Of a stretch of 64,000 bases of DNA, positions 9,132 to 16,893 are shown in pieces. The notes under the pieces are model-generated. The model was given only the letters and a program-made list of their open reading frames with translations. It was not told where the DNA came from and did not search any database. Each line of letters begins with the position of its first letter. The stretch's first letter is position 1. The stretch covers positions 6,878 through 70,877 of the forward strand of contig CAIZNN010000154.1 in assembly GCA_903934285.1 (NCBI GenBank). Direction: 5' to 3'. The position numbers and the translations under genes are program-made. The DNA comes from Akkermansiaceae bacterium. GTDB lineage: Bacteria; Verrucomicrobiota; Verrucomicrobiia; Verrucomicrobiales; Akkermansiaceae.

Positions 9132-10421
9132 CTACTTTTTGAGCCGGATGGCAGTGGAGCGGCCGTGGGCCTCGAGCCCTTCGATGCGGGCGAATTCCTC
9201 GACCACGGCGAGCGACTTGGCCACGGCGCGCGCATCGAGTTTGACGATGCTGGTGCGGCGTTGGAATTGATCGGCGCGCAGGCCGGAACACGAGCGGCCC
9301 GCGCCGCCGGTGGGCAGCGTGTGGCTGGGGCCGGCGAGGAAATCGCCGACGGCCACCGGCGAGTCATTGCCCAGATAGATCGCGCCGGCGCTGCGGATTT
9401 GCGGCAGCCAGACTTCCTCCTCGGCAGTGATGAGCGAGAGGTGCTCGGGGGCGAAGGTGTTGGTGAGGGCCACGCCTTGCGCGAACGATTTGAGATGGAG
9501 CAGGAAGGTGCCGCGCTTGAGCACTTCGCGAATGATCTTGGCCCGCGGCAAGGTGGCGAGTTGTTGTTCGATCGCCTTGATGACCTTGCCGAGCAGCACC
9601 TTGGAATCGGTGGCAAAGCCGACCACGCTGTCGCCGCCATGTTCCGCCTGCGCCAGCAGATCCGCGGCGATGAAACTGGCGTTGCCGGTCTTGTCGGCGA
9701 GCACCAGCAGCTCGCTGGGACCGGGCAGCAAGTCGATGGACACCGCGCCGACGAGTTGGCGTTTGGCTTCGACGACAAACCGGTTGCCGGGGCCGAAGAT
9801 GCGGTCCACCGGGCGGATCGTGCGGGTGCCCAGGGCCATCGCGGCGATGCCTTGGGCGCCGCCCACCTTGATCGCCTCGGTCACCCCGGCGGCCTGCAGT
9901 GCGTAAAGCAAGGCTGGATTGACCGAGCCATCGATGCCGCACGGGGTGGCGGCGAGGATTTCGGGCACGCCGGCGGCTTGTGCAAAGCCGGCGGTCATCA
10001 GCGCGGTGGACACCAGCGGCGCCTTGCCGCCGGGCACATACACGCCCACCCGCCCGAATGGTTGGAAGCGCTCGCCGACCATGGCCCCCTCCGCATTGCG
10101 GGCGGACCAGTCCTTGCGCAGGCTGCGCTTGGCAAAGGCATGGATGTTTTTCAAACTGCGCGCCACCGCCGTCCGGGTCGCCGCACTCACCGCTTGGTTG
10201 GCGGCGGCAAACTCCGCCGCGCTGACAAAAATACCTTTGGTGGTGAGCGTCGCGCCGTCAAAGCGCTTGGTGTAGGCGAGCAGGGCGGCATCGCCGGTGG
10301 CGGCGACTTCCGCGATGATCTCGCTGACGAGGTTGCGCACCCCTGGCTCGGGCAGGGCGCGGCGGTTCAAACGGCGGACGAAGGCGGGGTAGGCGGAATC
10401 GCGGTGGCTGAGGATGATCAT
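9132..10421 (-). CDS. hisD: Histidinol dehydrogenase
   Basis: GVYVPGGKAPLVST, KVGGAQGIAA, FGPGNRFV, LPGPSELLV, DLLAQAEH, APEHL and GDFLAGPSHTLPT motifs. Confidence 0.96.
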   Translation of the reverse strand: MIILSHRDSAYPAFVRRLNRRALPEPGVRNLVSEIIAEVAATGDAALLAYTKRFDGATLTTKGIFVSAAEFAAANQAVSAATRTAVARSLKNIHAFAKRSLRKDWSARNAEGAMVGERFQPFGRVGVYVPGGKAPLVSTALMTAGFAQAAGVPEILAATPCGIDGSVNPALLYALQAAGVTEAIKVGGAQGIAAMALGTRTIRPVDRIFGPGNRFVVEAKRQLVGAVSIDLLPGPSELLVLADKTGNASFIAADLLAQAEHGGDSVVGFATDSKVLLGKVIKAIEQQLATLPRAKIIREVLKRGTFLLHLKSFAQGVALTNTFAPEHLSLITAEEEVWLPQIRSAGAIYLGNDSPVAVGDFLAGPSHTLPTGGAGRSCSGLRADQFQRRTSIVKLDARAVAKSLAVVEEFARIEGLEAHGRSTAIRLKK

Positions 10422-10543
10422 GGCGGCAAACGGCGGCGGAGCATGCATGTGAAACTCCGCTTCGCCAAGTGTGATCCTCAAAGAAAGTCGCGCTGCGGGT
10501 TGACGCCAGCGCGATTCTCGCGTAAAGCCATCTGGCCGCACCC

Positions 10544-11101
10544 ATGATCCTCGAAATCGTCCAATATGGCCATCCCATTCTCCGCCAGCGCTGTCGCAAA
10601 GTCACCGCGGTGGATGACGCACTCATTGAATTGATCGGCAACATGCTCGACACCATGGTGGAGGCCCACGGCGTGGGTCTGGCCGCACCGCAGGTCGGCG
10701 TGGCGATCCGCCTGGCGGTGGTGGATGTGGCTCATGATCCGGACTGCATTTCTTATCTGCGGGTCAACGGGGTGGCGGTGGATTTGGAATCCATCATGCC
10801 GCTGGTGTTCATCAATCCGGAGTTGGAGTTCGGCCAGCCCAAGGAGTTTGGCTTGGAAGGCTGCCTGAGCATCCGCGAAATCCGCGCCGAAGTGCGCAGA
10901 CCCGCCGAGGTCAAGGCCACCCTGCCGCAACTCGATGGCTCGGTCCTCGTCGTGGAAACCGACGGCTTGCTGGCCCGCGCCTTGCAGCACGAAATCGACC
11001 ACCTCAATGGCGTGTTGTTTGTCGACCGCTTGCCGGCCGTGACCAAGGTGGCCATGCGCAACCGTCTCAAATTGCTCGCCGCGCAAAACCCCGAAGAGTG
11101 A
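10544..11101 (+). CDS. def: Peptide deformylase
   Basis: GVGLAAPQVG, EGCLS and QHEIDHLNGVLF motifs. Confidence 0.97.
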   Translation: MILEIVQYGHPILRQRCRKVTAVDDALIELIGNMLDTMVEAHGVGLAAPQVGVAIRLAVVDVAHDPDCISYLRVNGVAVDLESIMPLVFINPELEFGQPKEFGLEGCLSIREIRAEVRRPAEVKATLPQLDGSVLVVETDGLLARALQHEIDHLNGVLFVDRLPAVTKVAMRNRLKLLAAQNPEE

Positions 11102-11201
11102 GGCGCGGGAGTCGGGGGCCGGCGGCGGACCGCTGTCCCGGCTGTCAGGGCCAACCGGCGGGTCGCCTAATACGGTTCGTTTGGCGCTCTTTGATAGGAA
11201 A

Positions 11202-11289
11202 ACAGGCTTCCAGCCTGGGATGGCAGACAGTGCATCCTGCCTGTCCTCCAATGTAACGACAGGCTGGAAGCCCGTCGGCCATGACAGGC
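11202..11289. repeat. REP-like palindromic cluster
   Basis: ACAGGCTTCCAGCCTG (11202-17) and its near-complement CAGGCTGGAAGCCCGT (11260-75, 15/16), plus a GACAG..CTGTC hairpin. Confidence 0.55.
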
Positions 11290-11456
11290 AACCGCAACAA
11301 CAACTGGCCCAACAACGCCAACAACCACAACGGATTCCGCCTGGCACGAGTTCAACCCGGCACGCCCGCTGCGCAGGCCCGAGGCTGACCCGGCCACCGT
11401 CCCGCCCGCGCCGCCACAAGCGGCGTGGCAAAGAGAAGATGCCCGCCCGGTGCTGG
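11290..11456 (+). repeat. DGR template-repeat-like AAC-rich tract plus 135-bp direct repeat, copy 1 (11322-11456)
   Basis: AACCGCAACAACAACTGGCCCAACAACGCCAACAACCACAACGGATTCCGCCTGGCA reads NRNNNWPNNANNHNGFRLA. The last 135 bp recur at 12386-12520 with 3 mismatches. Confidence 0.7.
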
Positions 11457-11572
11457 CAGGCGTGGTGGCTGCCGCGCCGAACGCTCCGGGCGGGTCTCAC
11501 TCGCGGCCTGCTGCGGCTTCGGCCATGGCAAGCCGGCTTGACAAGCCGGAGCGGAGCATCCATTTTTGGGGC

Positions 11573-11635
11573 ATGACAACGACGGCGACCTTGAAGAAAT
11601 GGGGGAATGGCTATTGCCTTCTGATTGCCGATTGA
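11573..11635 (+). pseudogene. N-terminal stub of an AbrB/MazE-family antitoxin
   Basis: MTTTATLKKWGNG resembles the MazE/AbrB KWGNS motif; preceded by TTGACA-N17-CATTTT-N6-ATG; cut after 13 codons where a long inverted repeat begins. Confidence 0.55.
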
Positions 11636-11730
11636 TGAATGTTGCTTTTGGATTGTTGAAGTGCGCTTGGTTAGTGCGGCCGCGCGTGGCAAACTCACAT
11701 CACAAATCAACAACCATCAATCGGCAATCA
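11622..11730. repeat. Long imperfect inverted repeat
   Basis: TGATTGCCGATTGATG (11622-37) pairs perfectly with CATCAATCGGCAATCA (11715-30); imperfect pairing continues inward. Confidence 0.8.
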
Positions 11731-11801
11731 ATTGTGGGGTAGGTGGATACCGGCGGATATCCGTCCTTGCACTCCGGCCCGCAGGGGTTCATCTTACCTA
11801 C

Positions 11802-12143
11802 ATGCAAACGCTGCGACTTCGCGCCATCATTTACCCAGAGGATGGCCTCTGGGTGGCACACGCCTTGGAAATGGATCTGATCGGCACCGGTGCGACCGAG
11901 ACTGCGGCCTTGCGGGAACTTCGTTCCAATGTCGAGGCGCAGCTATCATTTGCCAAACAGGCAAAGATCAACCCGTTCCATCCGGCACCGGTTGAAATCC
12001 AGAAGCTGTGGGATGAAACCAACCTTGCGGTCCTTGGCATGGTTCGTTCCAGAATGAAGGAACCGGCCCGGTCCACCCGGTTTCTTGAGTGGACGGATGT
12101 GCAAGTGTCACGGATCGGCAAGGATGTTTTCCAGTGTGCTTGA
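11802..12143 (+). CDS. hicB: HicB-like antitoxin
   Basis: RAIIYPEDGLWVAHALEMDLIGTGATETAALRELRSNVEAQL matches the HicB RNase-H-like fold; adjacent to hicA; promoter TTGCAC-N17-CATCTT-N6-ATG. Confidence 0.75.
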   Translation: MQTLRLRAIIYPEDGLWVAHALEMDLIGTGATETAALRELRSNVEAQLSFAKQAKINPFHPAPVEIQKLWDETNLAVLGMVRSRMKEPARSTRFLEWTDVQVSRIGKDVFQCA

Positions 12144-12380
12144 ATGGCCAAGCCGATCAAACTCCGTGAGTTCCTCAAGCGGGTGAAGGATCTCGATCCG
12201 GGGATTGAGGTTTTTGTCAACCGTGGCAAGGGAAGCCATCTCATGCTTTGCAAGACCACCCACAGCGGCAAGGTCTCCTTCCCTGTTCCGACAAGCACGG
12301 GCGAAGTGGCAGGCCCATACCAGAAGGCCGTCATCCGCAGGTTCGGATTGCCAGAGGATGCGTTCAAGAAGCTGCGGTAA
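12144..12380 (+). CDS. hicA: HicA-family mRNA interferase toxin
   Basis: LREFLKRV..RGKGSHLML..FPVP carries the GKGSH catalytic-His motif; 78 aa. Confidence 0.85.
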   Translation: MAKPIKLREFLKRVKDLDPGIEVFVNRGKGSHLMLCKTTHSGKVSFPVPTSTGEVAGPYQKAVIRRFGLPEDAFKKLR

Positions 12381-12385
12381 AACCG

Positions 12386-12520
12386 CAACCACAACGGATT
12401 CCGCCTGGCACGAGTTCAACCCGGCACGCCCGCTGCGCACGCCCGAGGCTGACCCGGCCACCGTCCCGCCCGCGCCGCCACAAGCGGCGTGGCCAAGAGA
12501 AGATGCCCGCCCGGCGCTGG
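12386..12520 (+). repeat. 135-bp direct repeat, copy 2
   Basis: 132/135 identical to 11322-11456; starts 5 nt after the hicA stop. Confidence 0.85.
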
Positions 12521-12788
12521 TAATCCCGCGGATGAAGCCATTACTCATCGGTTTGCCATGAACCTCCGGCAAGTCTGCTGGTGGGCACCTACACGGAGAG
12601 GATTTACCACCCCCCCGGCGCCCCGGAACCGGGATGCGCGGGGATGTTGATGCTTGGTATGGTGGCGACCACGCTGCGCAGGCCAGGGGGTTCAGAGCAC
12701 GGCAAAAAGAATTTTCGATTGGGTGTTTGACAGGTCGGGCGAAAGTCGGCTTATTGCCCGTGCAACCCCATAGTAACTCCGAGCGCGC

Positions 12789-13448
12789 ATGAGCGAAAAC
12801 GAAAAACCAGCCCCGGCTCCGTCGAAACAGACGTCGAGCGTCCCATTGAAAAAGGAAACCGTCCGCGTGACCCTCAAGGCTGCGGATGCTCCCCCTGCCT
12901 CGCCGGTAGCCACCGTGCCCGGCGCCCCGCCAGTGCGGCCGCCCTCGCCGTCGGAACCCCCGCCGCCGCCAGCCCCCTCACTGCCGCCGGTGGCTGGTCC
13001 GCCGCGGCCATTTGCGCCGGCTCCCACCATCGCGCTCAAGCCGGCCGGAGCGCCCACCGCCCCCGCGCCCACCATTCGGTTGGCCACCTCCGCCGCCCCG
13101 CTCGGCGGGGCGCGCACCATCGCCCTCAAAACCGCCACCCAACCGCCGGGAGGCGCCCCGGCACCCTCGTTGCCGAAGGCTACCGTGCAACTCCAGGCAC
13201 CCACCCAGCCGCTGAGTGCCGCCACTGCATCGGCCTCGCAAATGGCCACCCTCAAGATGGACGGAGAGGATGAAGAAAGCGGTGTGAGCGGCTTGTTGAA
13301 GTTCCTCTCCATCGTCGGCTTCATTGCCGCCTGCGTCGTGCTTTACTTCCAGTATGACATCAGCAACACATGGATCAATGCCGTTGACCGCGATGCCGCG
13401 GTGAAAGGGGATTTCATGCAATTGCTTGAACCGGAACCCAATTCCTGA
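12789..13448 (+). CDS. Proline/alanine-rich protein with a C-terminal transmembrane helix
   Basis: Repeated KKETVRVTLK / TIALK / TVQL motifs within Pro-rich linkers, then FLSIVGFIAACVVLYF; TTGACA upstream. Confidence 0.75.
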   Translation: MSENEKPAPAPSKQTSSVPLKKETVRVTLKAADAPPASPVATVPGAPPVRPPSPSEPPPPPAPSLPPVAGPPRPFAPAPTIALKPAGAPTAPAPTIRLATSAAPLGGARTIALKTATQPPGGAPAPSLPKATVQLQAPTQPLSAATASASQMATLKMDGEDEESGVSGLLKFLSIVGFIAACVVLYFQYDISNTWINAVDRDAAVKGDFMQLLEPEPNS

Positions 13449-13474
13449 TTTCCACCTCCCACCCCTCAACGACC

Positions 13475-13558
13475 ATGGCTCTTCCCATCATTAATTTCCT
13501 GCTGGCTGGCAGCGTGCTTTACCTCGCCATCATCTCCGGCGCCCTGCCCCTCGGCTAG
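13475..13558 (+). CDS. Small hydrophobic peptide (27 aa)
   Basis: MALPIINFLLAGSVLYLAIISGALPLG*: a single TM helix, ACCATG start context, fills the gap between neighbouring genes. Confidence 0.45.
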   Translation: MALPIINFLLAGSVLYLAIISGALPLG

Positions 13559-13615
13559 CCGCACGGCGGCCCGGATTTTTTCAAGAGCTGTTCTGCCAAA
13601 GTGGCGGGACGGCTC

Positions 13616-13644
13616 TTGACGTTTGCGCATTGTGGGTCCATGCT
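13616..13644 (+). promoter_or_regulatory. sigma70 promoter of trxA (probably leaderless)
   Basis: TTGACG-N17-CATGCT-N6-ATG. Confidence 0.55.
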
Positions 13645-13650
13645 CCGCCC

Positions 13651-13971
13651 ATGTCCTTGAAGCTTACCGACTCGAACTTCCAATCCGAAGTAATCAATTC
13701 CGCGCTGCCCGTCCTGGTGGATTTTTGGGCCGAATGGTGCGGCCCCTGTAAAATGATCGGTCCCGTCCTCGACCAAGTCGCCGCCGAGTTGGAAGGGCAG
13801 GCGAAGGTGGGCAAGCTCAACGTGGATGACTCTAACGAATTAGCGGCGAAGTACAACGTGCGTTCGATTCCGTTGCTGCTGTTTTTCAAAAACGGTGAGG
13901 TCAAGGACCAGATCGTCGGGGCCAACGTCACCAAGGAACAACTCAAAGCCAAATTGCTCGCCCTCGCCTGA
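13651..13971 (+). CDS. trxA: Thioredoxin
   Basis: VLVDFWAEWCGPCKMI..VRSIPLLLFFKNG. Confidence 0.98.
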   Translation: MSLKLTDSNFQSEVINSALPVLVDFWAEWCGPCKMIGPVLDQVAAELEGQAKVGKLNVDDSNELAAKYNVRSIPLLLFFKNGEVKDQIVGANVTKEQLKAKLLALA

Positions 13972-13973
13972 CG

Positions 13974-14011
13974 AAAAAAAACCAGCCTGCGGGAAAATGT
14001 TCCCCGCAGGC
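13974..14011 (-). terminator. Rho-independent terminator of the Gfo/Idh/MocA gene (possibly bidirectional)
   Basis: GCCTGCGGGAA / TTCCCCGCAGGC hairpin preceded by A8 on the plus strand. Confidence 0.7.
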
Positions 14012-14088
14012 CGGTGCGATGATTGTGAGCCATTGCGGCCATCCCCGGGTGCGGTGTGGACCGCGCCCGAGGCAGTCGCATGAAGGGG

Positions 14089-15507
14089 TCAGCCCAATTT
14101 GAGGGGTTCCCAGCCTTTGCGGTAATCCTTGTTGAGGTAGCGGTTGGCCTCCTCGCTGTTGGTGAACTTCATCGCGGTGGCATCATACTCGAGCTTCTCG
14201 CCGAGTTTGCCGACGCGCAGCGCAATGTTGCCTAGCAGAATCGCCTCGGTGAACGGGGCGGCATAGGTGAAGTTCGAGCCCGGATGTTTCCAGTCCTTGT
14301 CGCCAACGCAGGCGCGGCGCCATTCGGCATATTGGCCGTAGTCGCCGGAGCCATCGGGGTTGCGCGGCAGCAATTTCGGCGGTTTGCCCACCGCCGCCTC
14401 ACCCGGCGCGGTGACTATGCGCGAACTGTCGCCATAATCGCCCTGGATGAGCAGATCCGCCTTGCTGCCGAAATAGACGTTGCCGCTTTCCGGCATTTTG
14501 CGCTCCGGGTCCAATTTGGCCGGGCGGCGCACCCGCTCGAGGGCGGGCACTTCCTTGCCGTCCTTGAGCAGTTTGCCTTCATACCAATAGATGGTGAGTT
14601 CGGGCCGGGGCTTGCCGTTAGGCAGGGTGCCGGCAGGAAACACCCAGCGGAAAATCGCGCCGGCGGGGAACATGTCGGGACTGTGTTTGTAGATCTCGAG
14701 CACCTCGACGCTCTTGGGCACACCCGGATTCATCGACAAGAAAATGCTGTCCAGGGTGTGGCAGGCCATGTCGGCCAGCGCGCCGCCGCCGAAGTCATAA
14801 AACCCGCGCCAGTTGAAGTAATGATAGATGTCCTTCTTGAAAGGACGGGTGGGCGCCGGGCCAAGCCACAAGTCCCAGTCGATGTTGGCAGGCACCGGAT
14901 CCTCACCTGTGGGCCGCGGGCCGCCTTGGGGCCAGATCGGGCGGTTGGTGACGCAGTGGATTTCCGCCACGTCGCCGAGCATGCCACTATTGACATATTC
15001 ATAGATCAGGCGGTCGCCTTCGCCGGAGCGGCCCTGGTTGCCCATTTGGGTGGCCACCTTGTGTTTTTGCACGCCCAAGGCGAGTTGGCGCGCTTCCCAC
15101 ACCGTGTGCACCAGCGGCTTTTGGGTGTAGCAATGCTTGCCGGCCGCCATCGCCAACGCGGTCGGCTGATAGTGGCTGTGGTCCGGCGTCGCCACCATCA
15201 CCGCATCGATATTCTTCATCTCCTTGTCAAGCAGCTTGCGGTAGTCTTGATAGAACCTGGAGTCCGGCCAGGTGGCCGGCACGATGCCCTGGCGGGTGGT
15301 GTCAATGTCGCAGTGGGCGACGACGATGTCGCGGGCCTTATCGACGCAGTGGAGGTGGTCGGTGCCCTTGCCGCCGCTGCCGATGATGGCGAGGCGGAGT
15401 TTGTCGCCCTTGTTTTTGGCGTGCAGAATGTTGACGCCGAACTGGCTGGAAATGACAACTCCGGTGGTGGTTCTGAGAAATGACCTTCGGTTCATTTGAG
15501 GATTCAT
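14089..15507 (-). CDS. Gfo/Idh/MocA-family oxidoreductase with Tat signal
   Basis: MNRRSFLR twin-arginine motif, IIGSGGKG, ATPDHSH, CYTQKPL, TQMGNQG and WDLWLGPAP. Confidence 0.93.
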   Translation of the reverse strand: MNPQMNRRSFLRTTTGVVISSQFGVNILHAKNKGDKLRLAIIGSGGKGTDHLHCVDKARDIVVAHCDIDTTRQGIVPATWPDSRFYQDYRKLLDKEMKNIDAVMVATPDHSHYQPTALAMAAGKHCYTQKPLVHTVWEARQLALGVQKHKVATQMGNQGRSGEGDRLIYEYVNSGMLGDVAEIHCVTNRPIWPQGGPRPTGEDPVPANIDWDLWLGPAPTRPFKKDIYHYFNWRGFYDFGGGALADMACHTLDSIFLSMNPGVPKSVEVLEIYKHSPDMFPAGAIFRWVFPAGTLPNGKPRPELTIYWYEGKLLKDGKEVPALERVRRPAKLDPERKMPESGNVYFGSKADLLIQGDYGDSSRIVTAPGEAAVGKPPKLLPRNPDGSGDYGQYAEWRRACVGDKDWKHPGSNFTYAAPFTEAILLGNIALRVGKLGEKLEYDATAMKFTNSEEANRYLNKDYRKGWEPLKLG

Positions 15508-16032
15508 ATGCAGGGGGATGGGATTGATTTTGTCCAAGGGGAATTCTTGGCACAACCGGAATTAGCCATTTCACACCCGGGCTGACAATAATATTCGTCC
15601 GCCGCGCCCGCGCCCGGGGCAGGGGGGCGCCGCTGCTCCCGCCCCCTGCGGGACAGGGGCGATTGGGCGGCCGCACCGCCGTGACAAGGGGGCCATACCC
15701 CTGCGGGTCGCAATTTTTCAAAAACAAGCTTGCCCTGCCGCTGGAAGTGCTCTATTCATTCCGCTCAGGCGCACGCAGGGTGTCGGACGAATGGCCTTCG
15801 TCTGGTATCCGCCACTGCGCCACGGGCATCCAGCCACCCCATGATTTTTCCGAAACGATCCACATCAAGAACACCCGCTACCGGTCACCGCGACTGGTCA
15901 GGGCTCGCTGTCACCCACCCATGACCCGGCGTTTGGTTCATCGTTTCGCATCCCTTTTCGCACTGGCAGCATGTGGCGGCTTGGCCCGCCTCTACCCAAG
16001 TGCGTCGCATCTACCCACCGGAGGACCATACC

Positions 16033-16758
16033 ATAGCTAAGCCACAAAGAGACCAAAACAGGGGTCGTTTCCGCGATATGACGCGGATCAACGATCGAAT
16101 CCGCGCCCCGAAAGTCCGTGTTGTCCTCGCCACCGGCGAGCAACTCGGCGTGATGAGTTCCCGCGAGGCGCTGGCCAAAGCGGTCGCCCTCGGCCTCGAC
16201 CTCGTCGAAATCGCCGGCCAAGTGGACCCGCCGGTCTGCAAGATCATCGACTACGGGAAATACAAGTACGAGCAAGCCAAGCTCAAGAAACAAAAGTCGA
16301 AGAGTGCCACGCGGATGAAGGAAGTGAAGTTCCGGGTGGTCACCGGCCAGCACGACTACAACATCAAGCTGGGCCGGGCGGAGGGGTTTCTTGAAGGCAA
16401 CCACAAGGTGCGCTTCGTGCTGCAATTCAAGGGCCGCGAAAACGCCCACAAAGATCTCGGCTTTGTCGCGCTCAATCGCATCATCGAGGATCTCAAGACC
16501 ATGGCGCAAGTCGATCAACCCCCCCGCCTCAACGGCCGCGCCGTGGCGATGATCCTCTCGCCGCTGCCGCAACACCAGCGCAAGCGCAAGTTCCACCTCT
16601 TCCACGGCGAACTCATGGACGAAGACGACTTCGATGAAGATGAGGTCGAGGACGACAATGAGGTGCCTGATGAGGTGCCTGATGAGGTGCCTGATGAGGT
16701 GCCTGATGAGGTGCCTGATGAGGTCGGCGACGCGGTCGCGGCGGAAGCACCATGCTGA
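16033..16758 (+). CDS. infC: Translation initiation factor IF-3 with acidic C-terminal tail
   Basis: RINDRIRAPKVRVV, LDLVEIA..PPVCKIIDYGKYKYE, KEVKFR and HDYNIK. Probable ATA start at 16033, 7 nt after GGAGGA. Confidence 0.95.
   Translation: MAKPQRDQNRGRFRDMTRINDRIRAPKVRVVLATGEQLGVMSSREALAKAVALGLDLVEIAGQVDPPVCKIIDYGKYKYEQAKLKKQKSKSATRMKEVKFRVVTGQHDYNIKLGRAEGFLEGNHKVRFVLQFKGRENAHKDLGFVALNRIIEDLKTMAQVDQPPRLNGRAVAMILSPLPQHQRKRKFHLFHGELMDEDDFDEDEVEDDNEVPDEVPDEVPDEVPDEVPDEVGDAVAAEAPC
16658..16724 (+). repeat. In-frame 12-bp tandem repeat (GAGGTGCCTGAT)x5 encoding EVPD
   Basis: Five perfect units starting at 16660, 16672, 16684, 16696 and 16708. Confidence 0.95.
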
Positions 16759-16893
16759 GGAGTCGGTAGCTTGGACTACACAAGGTTGGACCGTCTGACA
16801 TTACCACTGCCGCCACTGAAACAAGGAATGTGATGTCGGCAGGCCCAATGCCCGGTCCCGCGGTCCGGGGCCTGAGGCGAGGCGTCGCTCGTG

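Noticed and set aside
9125-9778. N-terminal 218-aa extension of MurJ in the ORF track
   Set aside because: Overlaps hisD in another frame; MurJ homology starts at 9124.
9021-10547. 508-aa plus-strand ORF
   Set aside because: Antisense shadow of hisD.
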